Program-made: the position numbers and the translations under genes
The notes under the pieces: generated by a model
What the model was told of the DNA's origin: nothing
The model's database searches: none
Seen by the model: the letters and a program-made list of their open reading frames with translations, nothing else
Shown here: positions 6,444 to 15,695 of the stretch, piece by piece
How positions within the stretch are numbered: the stretch's first letter is position 1
Layout of the letters: every line of letters starts with the position of its first letter
Assembly: GCA_903827955.1 (NCBI GenBank)
Contig: CAIKKJ010000034.1
Location: forward strand, 2,946 to 66,945
DNA from: an uncultured Verrucomicrobia subdivision 3 bacterium
Lineage (GTDB): Bacteria; Verrucomicrobiota; Verrucomicrobiia; Limisphaerales; UBA11358
Direction: 5' to 3'
Length of the DNA stretch: 64,000 nt

Positions 6444-7514
6444 TCAAAAGTGAAACTCCGGTTCCGGCGGCGATCCTTTCCGCCGCTTTGGCACCTTGAG
6501 CTTTTCCGCCTCCGCTTTCCAGCGGGCGATCATCTTCTGGATCTGCCCGCACTGGTAACGCATCCGCAGTAAATCATCCATCAACTCGCGCCGTATCTGC
6601 CCGGCCAGCGTCTCATGATCGCTGCGGCGGGAAAAATCCCACGCCGGTTTCCTGCGCTGCTGGGTGATCTGCCGTTTGATTTCGCGCAAGGAAGTTTTCA
6701 ATTGCGCCGTGATCCGTTGCAGCAGCGAGGCGCTGGTGTTCGCGGTGGTGCCGCTTTCACCAATCTCGCAAAGCGTGAGAATGACTTCCAGTTGCTCCGC
6801 GTCGCCCGCTTCGTAGGCAATCTGCGCCTCATGCCACCATTCGGTCTTCTGTGCCGTCATTTCCTGCTGACTGTCCGGATGCAATTGGCGCACCAGCTTT
6901 CGATAAAGTTCCTTGAGCCGTTTGGACGCATGCGGCGGTGGCATTGGCTCGCCCGGCGGTTCGTCCTCGGGACCGAGATAGTCTCGGGGATGCGCATCCG
7001 CCCCGAAACGACGATGGAATTCTTTCTTAATTTTCTCCAGCAGGGGATCCTCGTCGAAGTCTTCAGATTCCGGTCCCGACCCAAAGGCATCCCGCTTCCC
7101 TTCCGCATTGTCGCCGGCGGGCGGGGGAGGCGACGAGCCGGGGTTTTCACGGCGATCCATTACCCGCTGATAGGCCCGCGCGTCGGAAAACCCGCCGAAC
7201 TGGGCCTCATAATCGACCTGTTCGATGAGCAGACTATCCCTTTCCATCTGCAGATTAAGTTCCCGGAGTTCCGTGAGCAGCGCTCCAAAATGACTGTGCA
7301 TCCAGCGCATGAACTGCGGCTCATCCGTCTGGTGAAATTGGTCGAGCACACTCCGCGATTTTGCCAGATCGCGCAACGCCTTCTCGTAGTCCTTCTTGAT
7401 CTTTTTCCGGATGCCCGTGCCATCCACCCGCACCATCGCGCGGCAATGAATGGCCGGTTTGGCATCATCAACGGCTTGGCTGTTGATCGGTTTTCTAGTC
7501 GCGCGGCGTGGCAT
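6444..7514 (-). CDS. J-domain-like protein
   Basis: 356 aa. KELYRKLVRQLHPDSQQE contains the HPD tripeptide in a J-domain-like helix context. The rest is charged and coiled-coil-like. Start not verified. Confidence 0.45.
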   Translation of the reverse strand: MPRRATRKPINSQAVDDAKPAIHCRAMVRVDGTGIRKKIKKDYEKALRDLAKSRSVLDQFHQTDEPQFMRWMHSHFGALLTELRELNLQMERDSLLIEQVDYEAQFGGFSDARAYQRVMDRRENPGSSPPPPAGDNAEGKRDAFGSGPESEDFDEDPLLEKIKKEFHRRFGADAHPRDYLGPEDEPPGEPMPPPHASKRLKELYRKLVRQLHPDSQQEMTAQKTEWWHEAQIAYEAGDAEQLEVILTLCEIGESGTTANTSASLLQRITAQLKTSLREIKRQITQQRRKPAWDFSRRSDHETLAGQIRRELMDDLLRMRYQCGQIQKMIARWKAEAEKLKVPKRRKGSPPEPEFHF

Positions 7515-7658
7515 TGAAGAAAGCGTGGCAAAGTATCACTTCGCCCCCGGTGCCGCCACCACATTACCACACGCCCCGGACAACGGCATTCCTCCCGAAA
7601 ATCATCATGCGGATTTTCGTATTGTCCGGGCATCTGGTAGCCGATCCGGCACGAGCTT

Positions 7659-9326
7659 TCAGCCTTTCAGCAACTTCAGCAATCGCTTCTTGTCCTTCTG
7701 ATTCTTCTTGCCCGTCATACCCTCGATAATTTTCCGCATCTCCGCTTTCTGTTTATCCGCCTCGGCCTCGGTTGCAAGTGGCGCCGCCACCGACACGACC
7801 TTTTCTTCCTCCGCCCCATAGGTCAGCAGCGCCGGCATTGCCTTGTTCAGCGCCGTTCGGAACGCCTCGCGCCCCGGCTGGAAATAATGTTTCAGCACAA
7901 TGTCAGTCGTCTTGTGCCCTGTCACCTTCTGCACCAGTTCCAGCGCCACCCCGGCCGTCAGCGCCAGCGTCACCCACGTCACGCGGAAGCTGTGGAAATC
8001 CCGCACGCTCGCCGATCGCAAGCCATGTTTCCGTTCCACATACAAACCGGCTTTTTCCATGCCGTCTTTCACGCTGTCGCCTTTGTTCGCGTGGCTGGAG
8101 CCGCGCACAATCAGGCACCCGATGGCCTGTTCAATCTCGTTGAGATAACCCGAGACGCTGCCTTTGCTCACATTGACCGCCGCCATTACAGATTGGATGT
8201 TGTTACCATCCATGTAGTGCCGGAACACCATCGCCATCCGGGATCGTTTCTCGCCTTCCGGCAACGCCGCGATGTATTTCTCGCCTCGCTCCCGCGCCAG
8301 CGCGTCGGAAACTTCCGGCAACGCTTTCGTTTCTTCCCCCGCCTCCACTGGTTTTCTGAGCCCCACCGCCAGAATCTTTTTCACGCGCCAGGTGATGCCA
8401 TCCGGGTTTTCATCATACATCTCCGCTTGGTCAGGAAAAACATAACCGGTGAGTTTCGGCCCTGCCTCTTTTGCCAGCTTTTTCAGCTCCGCTGCCAGCA
8501 TGGGGAAAATGGGGATGCTAACGGTCTGACCGGTCTTCGAGGTTTTTACCGTGATGAAATGGTTTTTCAAATCCACATCCTTCCATTCCAGCAGACAACA
8601 ATCCCCGCGCCGCATGGCGGTGCACATTCCCGTGATGATGATCGGCCGAATGAAATCATCGTCCTTCGCCGCCTCATTGATTGCCCCCAGTTCTTCCGGC
8701 GAGAATGGCTGGCGAAACACAGTTTCCGTTTCCTTCGTCGGTGTGTCGGCAAAATGGTTGATGGCGCCCGCCGGCAGCAGATGCTTAAAAGTTGCCCGTA
8801 GCAGCTTGAGCGTGTCATTCCAGGTTTTGCCCGTGACGTGCCGCCCAGCCTCCTCGTCCAGAAAAGACCGGGCCATCGTTCCCGTAACGAAGGCGATTTC
8901 GACCACCTTGGGATTTTTCTTCTGCACGAATTCTACAAACCGGTTTAAGGTGGATTCGCACTGCTTCGCGTAGCGGGCATTCGGCGCTCGTCGCCGCGCA
9001 ATCTTCCCCCATTCCGCCGCTAGGTTTTCCAACTTCACCGACTTGATGGTTTCTCCAGTCTCATGCTCATACAATTTCTTTATCAAACGCACCGCCCCCT
9101 GTTTTGAGCGCGCCTCCTCGACGATTTGATTCAGCTTCGCTTGGGCGGCAACGCGCGAACATTCAAACGCCGTGTCGCCCGCTTCTTTCAGCGATTGGGA
9201 TTGCGGAGGCGTGCCGGCGATTTTAACGCCGAGATTGGCGCAGAATCGTTTGCCATTAATTTCATAACGGCCATACCAGAAGGGACGCAGTTGGCCGCTT
9301 AATTTCCATCGCAATTCGAGGGGCAT
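7659..9326 (-). CDS. tyrosine recombinase/integrase (phage integrase family) with a long insertion in the catalytic domain
   Basis: Catalytic signature is complete: R (TAMRRGDCCLLEW), K (VKTSKTGQTV), HSFRVTW, TGHKT, KHYF. A ~150-aa insert with an HTH-like segment lies between the K and HxxR boxes. Confidence 0.85.
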   Translation of the reverse strand: MPLELRWKLSGQLRPFWYGRYEINGKRFCANLGVKIAGTPPQSQSLKEAGDTAFECSRVAAQAKLNQIVEEARSKQGAVRLIKKLYEHETGETIKSVKLENLAAEWGKIARRRAPNARYAKQCESTLNRFVEFVQKKNPKVVEIAFVTGTMARSFLDEEAGRHVTGKTWNDTLKLLRATFKHLLPAGAINHFADTPTKETETVFRQPFSPEELGAINEAAKDDDFIRPIIITGMCTAMRRGDCCLLEWKDVDLKNHFITVKTSKTGQTVSIPIFPMLAAELKKLAKEAGPKLTGYVFPDQAEMYDENPDGITWRVKKILAVGLRKPVEAGEETKALPEVSDALARERGEKYIAALPEGEKRSRMAMVFRHYMDGNNIQSVMAAVNVSKGSVSGYLNEIEQAIGCLIVRGSSHANKGDSVKDGMEKAGLYVERKHGLRSASVRDFHSFRVTWVTLALTAGVALELVQKVTGHKTTDIVLKHYFQPGREAFRTALNKAMPALLTYGAEEEKVVSVAAPLATEAEADKQKAEMRKIIEGMTGKKNQKDKKRLLKLLKG

Positions 9327-9329
9327 AAT

Positions 9330-9358
9330 AGGTGTCTTTCAAGGGTTAAGAGACACCT
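9330..9358 (-). promoter_or_regulatory. 8-bp stem hairpin (AGGTGTCT...AGACACCT) abutting the integrase start codon
   Basis: Inverted repeat read directly. Ends 3 nt upstream of the ATG at 9326. Could be an operator or a translational hairpin. Confidence 0.3.
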
Positions 9359-9464
9359 AAAACATACAGCAAAACCCCGAACCGATTCAAGGAAAAAACC
9401 AACCAAACCACCAACCATAAGCCCTAAGCTGACACAAAAAGCCATATAAAGCCCATATTTTGCG

Positions 9465-9522
9465 TAAGCTCGTCAGGCTCATAACCTGAAGGTCGTTGGT
9501 TCAAATCCAGCCCCCGCAACCA
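9465..9522 (+). tRNA. tRNA-Met (CAT) 3' fragment: anticodon arm, variable loop, T arm, acceptor 3' strand and CCA; the 5' acceptor strand and D arm are missing
   Basis: Anticodon stem TCAGG/CCTGA (9473-77/9485-89), loop CTCATAA. T arm GTTGG-TTCAAAT-CCAGC (9495-9511). CCCCGCA-A-CCA ends at 9522. The required 5' strand TGCGGGG is absent upstream. Confidence 0.65.
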
Positions 9523-9528
9523 ATTTCC

Positions 9529-9563
9529 GGCCTTGAGACTCACGTTTCAAGGCCGTTTTTGTT
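9529..9563 (+). terminator. intrinsic terminator after the tRNA fragment
   Basis: GGCCTTGA (9529-36) pairs with TCAAGGCC (9547-54), followed by GTTTTTGTT. Confidence 0.7.
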
Positions 9564-9681
9564 GGGTTTTATGAGATTTCCCCGAATTGGCCTCACGCTT
9601 CTGAAAAGTGCCGAACACCCTGAATTGCGCCGGACAAATCACCCACAACCGCACACACAAATCACCCACACACACAATTCG

Positions 9682-10305
9682 TCACTTCATTTCTTTGTTC
9701 GCATCTGCCAAACCGCGTAATTGGCCGTGACGATGAGCAAAAAACCAAAGGCCAACCGCCGCAGCAACAGCGCCCAAAATCAAAAGCTCGTTACCGACGA
9801 TCAGCGACGGAAGCACCATAAGCGCAATGCCGCCGGCCAGAATTGCAACGCTCGTCGTCACGCTGCCGATGATGACTTGCAACGGAGGATAAAAGATGGA
9901 CGCCAGGCCGAACAGGAACATGGCGACGCCGACCCAAACAATTCCCTTGAGGCTCGCCAGCTTTGCGCTCAATTCGCGCGCCGTGTCTTTTTGAGCCGCG
10001 CCCAATTCCGTCTTGGCCCGCGTTTCTTCATGCTCGACGACCGGCATCGGCGCGCTGACAACCACCACTTGGTTGCTGGCGGACTCGAGCCGCGAACCGG
10101 CCGGCACGGTGTAGCTCCGCGTTTTCACCGTCTCTTGATCCTGCCGCGAGGCTTGCGCCGGGTTGTCGCCTTGCACGACGGTTTGACCGATGACACCGGA
10201 CGTGGAGGCGCGGCCACCCTTCAACGGAGCCAGATTGCAGCCGCAGAGCAAACCCGCCGCCGCGATGACAGCAATATCAATCAGCACAAATTTGGTTTTC
10301 GACAT
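9682..10305 (-). CDS. membrane protein, lipoprotein-like N-terminus, three C-terminal TM helices
   Basis: N-terminal AAGLLCGC lipobox-like signal and hydrophobic C-terminal third. Last gene of the head-module operon. Confidence 0.5.
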   Translation of the reverse strand: MSKTKFVLIDIAVIAAAGLLCGCNLAPLKGGRASTSGVIGQTVVQGDNPAQASRQDQETVKTRSYTVPAGSRLESASNQVVVVSAPMPVVEHEETRAKTELGAAQKDTARELSAKLASLKGIVWVGVAMFLFGLASIFYPPLQVIIGSVTTSVAILAGGIALMVLPSLIVGNELLILGAVAAAVGLWFFAHRHGQLRGLADANKEMK

Positions 10306-10307
10306 AA

Positions 10308-10628
10308 TTATTTTCCTTCCTGAAATCGGCGCAGTTCAAACGCGCAGTCATTAAGCGCCGCCGTGTTGTGGTCAATGCAGACGGCCAACTTCATCGCCGT
10401 CTCATTTTGCTTTTCGATGATTTGCGTCAGGGCCGCATGATGCTCGTCGCGCAACGCCTTGTGATCCGAAATCACGGTTTGAAGCTGTTGCACCAGCCAA
10501 TAAATCACCACGCCGCAAACGAGCAGCAGCAGGCAAAACGCCGCGAGAAACAACCAGCGGTCATTCATGCTGGCAGCGTGATCCACCGCTTGGAGAAAAT
10601 CGGCCGTGTTCATATTGGTCATATTCAA
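10308..10628 (-). CDS. small membrane protein (one TM helix + coiled coil)
   Basis: 106 aa. Has the WLFLAAFCLLLLVCGVVIYWLV helix. Start overlaps the stop of the upstream gene by 4 nt. Confidence 0.5.
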   Translation of the reverse strand: MNMTNMNTADFLQAVDHAASMNDRWLFLAAFCLLLLVCGVVIYWLVQQLQTVISDHKALRDEHHAALTQIIEKQNETAMKLAVCIDHNTAALNDCAFELRRFQEGK

Positions 10629-11179
10629 ACGCGTTGCAGTCGCACCATGCCGCTGGTCGCGCTCATCGGCACACCGTATTTCGCCAGCATCACCTGCGCG
10701 ACTTGCGACAAGACCGGACGGCGATCCGTTTTGTCGTAACCGGTTTGGTTGCCACCGGTGTTTTGATATTTCAATCCCTCACCGGCAGGCGCGGCGGTGC
10801 GGTCGGCAATCAAAAGTTCCCGCGCCATTTCACACGTCGCCTGGACAACGGCTTTCGGCACGCTGTCGAAGCGAACGTAATCCGATGGAATCGGCAGCAA
10901 CGCTTGCAGCGGGACATGAATCGCATCGGGTTCAGGACACCGGGCGCGAGGCCATTGCAAACCTTGCACGGCGTTCGCGCGCGTGCCGTTGAACTGAAAT
11001 TCCGCGTCAACCAACCGCGACGCCATCACGAGCGCCACGGCCTTTTGAGCGTCCGTCGCCGCCGTCCATGCCGAGGCGTAAAGATGGCCGTCGTGATAGG
11101 CGTTGCCATCGGTCAAGTCCGCGTAAGCGTTGGCATCCACCAATCCCGCGCCGGTTTCTTTGATCAGGGTGAGCGACAT
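10625..11179 (-). CDS. phage head-tail adaptor-type protein (DnaT-like / gp6-like family)
   Basis: Pattern ANAYADL..GNAY......AWTAATDAQKAVALVMASRLVD..F.F.G.......LQWPR is as I remember it for this phage family. Lies in the capsid operon. Confidence 0.5.
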   Translation of the reverse strand: MSLTLIKETGAGLVDANAYADLTDGNAYHDGHLYASAWTAATDAQKAVALVMASRLVDAEFQFNGTRANAVQGLQWPRARCPEPDAIHVPLQALLPIPSDYVRFDSVPKAVVQATCEMARELLIADRTAAPAGEGLKYQNTGGNQTGYDKTDRRPVLSQVAQVMLAKYGVPMSATSGMVRLQRV

Positions 11180-11188
11180 AAAGTTTAG

Positions 11189-11845
11189 CTAAATGACCGC
11201 AGACCAAGGCGACCAGACGCCGGCCACCTGATAACAGCAGGTGCAGCTTCCAAATTGCTGCGCGCTTTGCGCCTGTGTCGGCGATAAAACATCGTAGGCA
11301 GCGTTCGACTGATCCGCGCTGTCCGCCCAGCCCTGTATGGAACCGGAACCGTCATAGCCGCCATCGTTTTGAGCGAATCGCCAAACGCTCGTAGCCACCG
11401 GCGCGGTGCCCAAGAAATAACCGCCCACGCTCACCAAAGTGGGAGCATCCAGTGGCGCAGGAGCATCGCTCGGATGCACCGCGTTACTGTGTTGAGTGAT
11501 TTCCTTGCCGTCCGCGTCCACGCCGACGATGTAATGTAGTTCCTCGCCATCCGGCGCAAACTGCCGCGCATCGCCATACATCCAATAGCCGGTCGGCAGG
11601 AAATAAGTCGCGCCGCCGTCGAGACTCAGCCAGACATTCCATTTGTAAGGATTCGGCAAGTCCCAATCCCATTGCAGCAAGTCAGGCCAAGCCGCGCGCA
11701 AGACAGGCGGCGGCAACAAATGTCCTTTGCGCCGTTGCTCCGCCAGCCATGTCCGCCGTTGCAGCGGCGTCCAGGGCGCGTTACGGCGCGGCGGTTTTGG
11801 CAGGGCTTGCGACATCGTCAGGCTTGGAAATTTTGGCCGGTTCAA
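11189..11845 (-). CDS. hypothetical phage protein
   Basis: 218-aa ORF in the head operon. Start uncertain (alternative ATG at 11815). No family recognised. Confidence 0.45.
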   Translation of the reverse strand: MNRPKFPSLTMSQALPKPPRRNAPWTPLQRRTWLAEQRRKGHLLPPPVLRAAWPDLLQWDWDLPNPYKWNVWLSLDGGATYFLPTGYWMYGDARQFAPDGEELHYIVGVDADGKEITQHSNAVHPSDAPAPLDAPTLVSVGGYFLGTAPVATSVWRFAQNDGGYDGSGSIQGWADSADQSNAAYDVLSPTQAQSAQQFGSCTCCYQVAGVWSPWSAVI

Positions 11846-11960
11846 CCGCTGGCGTTTTCACCACAGGTTGAACCGGCGCGGTTTTGGTCGGAAGCGGCGG
11901 CGTGGCCTCGATAAAGGGACGCCGCTTTCGCCGAATGATGGGAAACAATTTGTCCATGAA

Positions 11961-12188
11961 TCAGATCGCGTTAGCGCCGATGGCAATTTGTTTCCAGTTT
12001 GTGCCGTCCGAAATGGCGAGGCACGGCACGGAGCCAGTGCCGCCAACGGACAGATAGATCATGCGGCGCGGAAATTTCGCCGCCGTGACGCCAGCAGCGA
12101 CCGCCGCCGCGACGTTGGTAAATGTCGGAATCTGGATTTGTTCACCCGAACGAATCCGCTCGAAACTGCGAGGTTGAAGTTTGCCCAT
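11961..12188 (-). CDS. small hypothetical phage protein
   Basis: ATG 12188 (MGKLQPRSFERIRSGEQIQIPTF...) avoids overlap with the capsid gene. 75 aa. Confidence 0.45.
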   Translation of the reverse strand: MGKLQPRSFERIRSGEQIQIPTFTNVAAAVAAGVTAAKFPRRMIYLSVGGTGSVPCLAISDGTNWKQIAIGANAI

Positions 12189-12238
12189 AATTTTAATTGG
12201 TAAAGCGGCGTGCCGGCGCGAACCGGCACGCCAATGGT

Positions 12239-13249
12239 TCAGATGTTGTGTGTCACGGCCACGACCGGGACGTTTTTGTTTTCCCACACGCGCACCCAGT
12301 TGGCGGCGGTGGCCAGTTCAGCGTTGGTCGGATTTGCACCGGCCACGCTCGCGCTGGTGAACTTCACACCGCGAGGGTGCAGGATGAAGCGGCGACGATT
12401 GACGAGGAACGTGTCGCTGTTGAGAGCGTCACGCGCCATTTCCATGCCTTCCGTGCCGTGACCGCCTTCGACAGGCGCACCGTTCAGATCGGCAAAGCCC
12501 ATACCGAACGCACCGTTGCCGAATAGATAGGTCGTATAGACCACGCCGTCAGTCGTGCCAGCGCGCGACGGGCAGCCGTCATCCACGATGACCCGACGGC
12601 CTTGGAACGTCTTGATTTGAGTTTCACCCTGGCTGTCCGGGATAAAATCAATCAGGTCGAGCTTGCGCAGCGCGGCTTCCACTGCGGAGTGCATCGCCAC
12701 GGCCACGAGCCGGTCGCCACGGTCGCCGAGGCGTTGCGTCGCATCCACGAAGGTTGCGCCGTTAAGCCGGGTGGCCGAGGTTTGCGCCGCGACGCTTTCG
12801 GATTGGATCGCCAACAGATTGCCCGCCATGCTCGCCGCACCGAAAACGCCGGTGAGGGAGTTGATGAGCATATACTGGTTCTGACGGTTCCAGTAATCGG
12901 CGATAAAGTCCGCCAGCGCCAGCGCCGGATCGTCACCGGCAACTTGCGTCGCCAGATGATTCCACGACCACGCATTGCCGTCGTTGTGGATGCGGGCGAT
13001 GTCCTGGTCAGCGACCAGTTTCGCCGGCACGAGCGGTGCCGAATCGGAAAGCGGCTGGCGGTTGCCCGTCAGATCATTCCAGTGGGGCATGTTGACTTGC
13101 GTGCCGCCGAGGGCCGCGCGCTCGTCATAGTCCGGCGTGCGGATGACAATGCCGGATTGAAACAGGTCGGATTTTTCCGCCGTGCGTTGAAGGACGTAGC
13201 CAGCGAATTGCGCTGGCACGATGATGTCTGCAAGTTGTGTCTTTGCCAT
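12239..13249 (-). CDS. major capsid protein (HK97-fold, N4-gp56/T7-like type)
   Basis: 336 aa, directly after the scaffold gene. The N-terminus MAKTQLADIIVPAQFAGYV resembles this capsid family (recollection). Confidence 0.7.
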   Translation of the reverse strand: MAKTQLADIIVPAQFAGYVLQRTAEKSDLFQSGIVIRTPDYDERAALGGTQVNMPHWNDLTGNRQPLSDSAPLVPAKLVADQDIARIHNDGNAWSWNHLATQVAGDDPALALADFIADYWNRQNQYMLINSLTGVFGAASMAGNLLAIQSESVAAQTSATRLNGATFVDATQRLGDRGDRLVAVAMHSAVEAALRKLDLIDFIPDSQGETQIKTFQGRRVIVDDGCPSRAGTTDGVVYTTYLFGNGAFGMGFADLNGAPVEGGHGTEGMEMARDALNSDTFLVNRRRFILHPRGVKFTSASVAGANPTNAELATAANWVRVWENKNVPVVAVTHNI

Positions 13250-13272
13250 AAACTAATTTTGGTGTTGTGACC

Positions 13273-14028
13273 TCACGCGGCGGCTTTCAAACGGGCAGCC
13301 AGCGCAGGATCGGTTTTCTGCAATTTCATTTGCTCCGTGAGATTCCACGTTTCCTTGCGGAACGGGTTTTTCGCGGACCGGTTGCCAGCCCCACCGGAGC
13401 CGGAGCCGGCAGCACCGCTGCCAGCGTTTGCTTCAAACAGGTGCGGCGCGTCGGACACCAACGCATCCACCCATTCGGCCAAAGTCAAAGCAGCCGCGCC
13501 GTCCTTGCCCGTGCGGGCAGTCTGGCCGTCGGCCTCAAAAGCCTGCGGCACGCCGTTGACGAGCTTGAACGTCTGGCGAGCACGCGAAGTGATGTCAGGA
13601 ATCGCCGTCGGCCGCAGACCACGTTTCGTGGCTTCGGTCACGACGGCTTGATCAATCTGAATTGCCGACAAGCGGCCAAGCAGCGTGTCACGCTCGCCGG
13701 TCACGGCGGAAAATTGTTTGTCCCAATCCGTCTTGGCCGTCTTGAGCCGCGCGTCCAAGACCTCTTGAAATTTGCCGTCCTTCAGCCGTTGTTCATCTTC
13801 CAAACGCTGCTTGTCGGCGGCGAGCTGACGCACGGCGTCAGGGTCAATGCCTTCAAACTTCTTGAGCTGGTTCGTCAGCGTGATGTTGTTCTGGCGGAAC
13901 TCATCCAGCTTGGTTTGACTCACGACGCCATCGGCATCCAGCACGAACGCACCGTCGCGCTCGACGTAAAAGGATTGATGTTCAGCAGGGATTTCCTGCT
14001 TCGTTGCATATTTGAATTTCAGGGGCAT
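13273..14028 (-). CDS. phage scaffolding protein
   Basis: 251 aa, lying between portal and capsid. Charged coiled-coil middle, Gly/Ser-rich segment and basic C-terminus. Confidence 0.65.
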   Translation of the reverse strand: MPLKFKYATKQEIPAEHQSFYVERDGAFVLDADGVVSQTKLDEFRQNNITLTNQLKKFEGIDPDAVRQLAADKQRLEDEQRLKDGKFQEVLDARLKTAKTDWDKQFSAVTGERDTLLGRLSAIQIDQAVVTEATKRGLRPTAIPDITSRARQTFKLVNGVPQAFEADGQTARTGKDGAAALTLAEWVDALVSDAPHLFEANAGSGAAGSGSGGAGNRSAKNPFRKETWNLTEQMKLQKTDPALAARLKAAA

Positions 14029-14034
14029 AAACTT

Positions 14035-15558
14035 TTAATTCACGGTTACAGGGTTGGCGTTCACATCACCGGGAACCGTCGGCGTGACGGGAACAGTTGG
14101 TTTGGTTTTCTTCTCGCTGGCGAGCAAGGCTTGCTCTTCTTCGTTCGTGCGACCGGGAGCGATGACCTCGCCAGCACGGAACAGGTTGAGCATCGTGTCC
14201 TGACTGATGGCGCCAGCTTGCCACGCGGAGACGATGGCGCTGATTTCCTGATACGTCATGCCAGCGAAATTGAAATCCGTGTTCAGGCTGGCAAGCACGA
14301 GGTCCGCACCGATGGCGTCAGGAATCGGCTCGGTCGAGTTCCACCAATAGACCCAGCGAAGCACCTGCGTCAGCGACGCGCTGACGCTCAAGGAAATGGT
14401 GTTCAAGATGGAGTTCTCGCCAGATTGACGGAGTTCGATGGCGGCAGCGGTTTCACCGACACGCTTGCGGGATTCGAGCATCCGCGTGCCGAGGACGGCC
14501 ATCAGTTGCTCGTCACGATCCATCGCACGCTCAAAGGTGGACAGACCTTGACCGTGAAATTCCAAGAAGCCAGCCGTGGCACCAGGAGTTTCCGCGACCC
14601 ATGCCGTGCTGCTACCAATGCGCAGCGTCGAAGCCTTGTCAAAGCCACTCACCCAAGCCGTCGGCAGGGCGGTGAAGTGCATACCATGCTTGTAGTCGGC
14701 ATTGAGACGGTAGTGATCGAGGTTGACGGCGATGATGTCTTCCAGCGGAATCTTGTCCACGTCAGGCAGCGAGTGACGCGGGCCGTGAAAGACAAAGGGA
14801 ATCAGCGGCAGAGATTTTCCAAGACGCAGCGGCGTGACGGTTTCAATCAGCTTCCATTCGAGACGTGTGCGAGCACGTTGACCGGAGGTGACGGGATTCT
14901 TGGGCAGCTTGCGCCAGACATCCACTTGATAAGTCCAATCAGTTTGCTCGTCGTTGCTAGACGATTGCGAAGGGACGAGTTTCAGGACGCGCAGTTGCGG
15001 GTAGGCAGTCGGACAGAAGGAGTCAGTGACCGAGGCAGTGTCTTGAAAAGTTTCTTGCAGGACTACCAGCGTCAGGACGTTGCGACCATTCACGCGCTGC
15101 GTCTGCCAGTTGATGATGTTTTCAGCAGCGTAGGCGACAGCATAGGCGCGTGGTTCAGTCTCGTTGTTCCAGTCAATCAGCGTGCCAGCACGACCGACGT
15201 TGATGATTTCCGTGACGAGCTTCTTCGAGAAGGCAGTCAGTGGCGTGCCAAGCATATCGGCATCGGCGACGAACTCAGCAAGCGAAGAACCGACACCGTT
15301 GGACTTGTCGGGCAGTTTGAAGGTTGGATCACGACGGAAGACCAGACCGACGAAGCCATCAGCCGTGCGAGCAGAAGCGTTGAAGAAAGAAGCACGGTTT
15401 TTGTAAGCGAGATATTCCTTGTCGTCCTGACAGTCCAGACGTGGCAGATACTTTTCAGCAGCAGCTTTGACGGCATCCTCACCGGCGAAGACATCACGGG
15501 CACGTTGCCATGCAGCGATGCTGGCGTCGTAATCAGGATGTGTCGAGTCCACTGGCAC
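14035..15558 (-). CDS. phage portal protein (DUF4055-like portal family), copy 2
   Basis: 507 aa with GTG start. Paralogue of 161-1747. First gene of a portal-scaffold-capsid operon. Confidence 0.8.
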   Translation of the reverse strand: MPVDSTHPDYDASIAAWQRARDVFAGEDAVKAAAEKYLPRLDCQDDKEYLAYKNRASFFNASARTADGFVGLVFRRDPTFKLPDKSNGVGSSLAEFVADADMLGTPLTAFSKKLVTEIINVGRAGTLIDWNNETEPRAYAVAYAAENIINWQTQRVNGRNVLTLVVLQETFQDTASVTDSFCPTAYPQLRVLKLVPSQSSSNDEQTDWTYQVDVWRKLPKNPVTSGQRARTRLEWKLIETVTPLRLGKSLPLIPFVFHGPRHSLPDVDKIPLEDIIAVNLDHYRLNADYKHGMHFTALPTAWVSGFDKASTLRIGSSTAWVAETPGATAGFLEFHGQGLSTFERAMDRDEQLMAVLGTRMLESRKRVGETAAAIELRQSGENSILNTISLSVSASLTQVLRWVYWWNSTEPIPDAIGADLVLASLNTDFNFAGMTYQEISAIVSAWQAGAISQDTMLNLFRAGEVIAPGRTNEEEQALLASEKKTKPTVPVTPTVPGDVNANPVTVN

Positions 15559-15695
15559 GAGCGGACTCTAGCACGGGTTTTACAACGATTTTGCCTGACC
15601 CAAAAGACTCACTAGACGGCTGCTGACACAAGATGTCAGCAGATGACCGATGCAGACGGTTTTTTTAAGATTTTGTATTTGACGGGTTTCAAGAT

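Noticed and set aside
13267-15615. 782-aa plus-strand ORF, the longest ORF in the island
   Set aside because: Entirely antisense to the scaffold and portal genes, which have clear phage-protein character. Its translation is Arg/Gly/Val-rich with no motifs.
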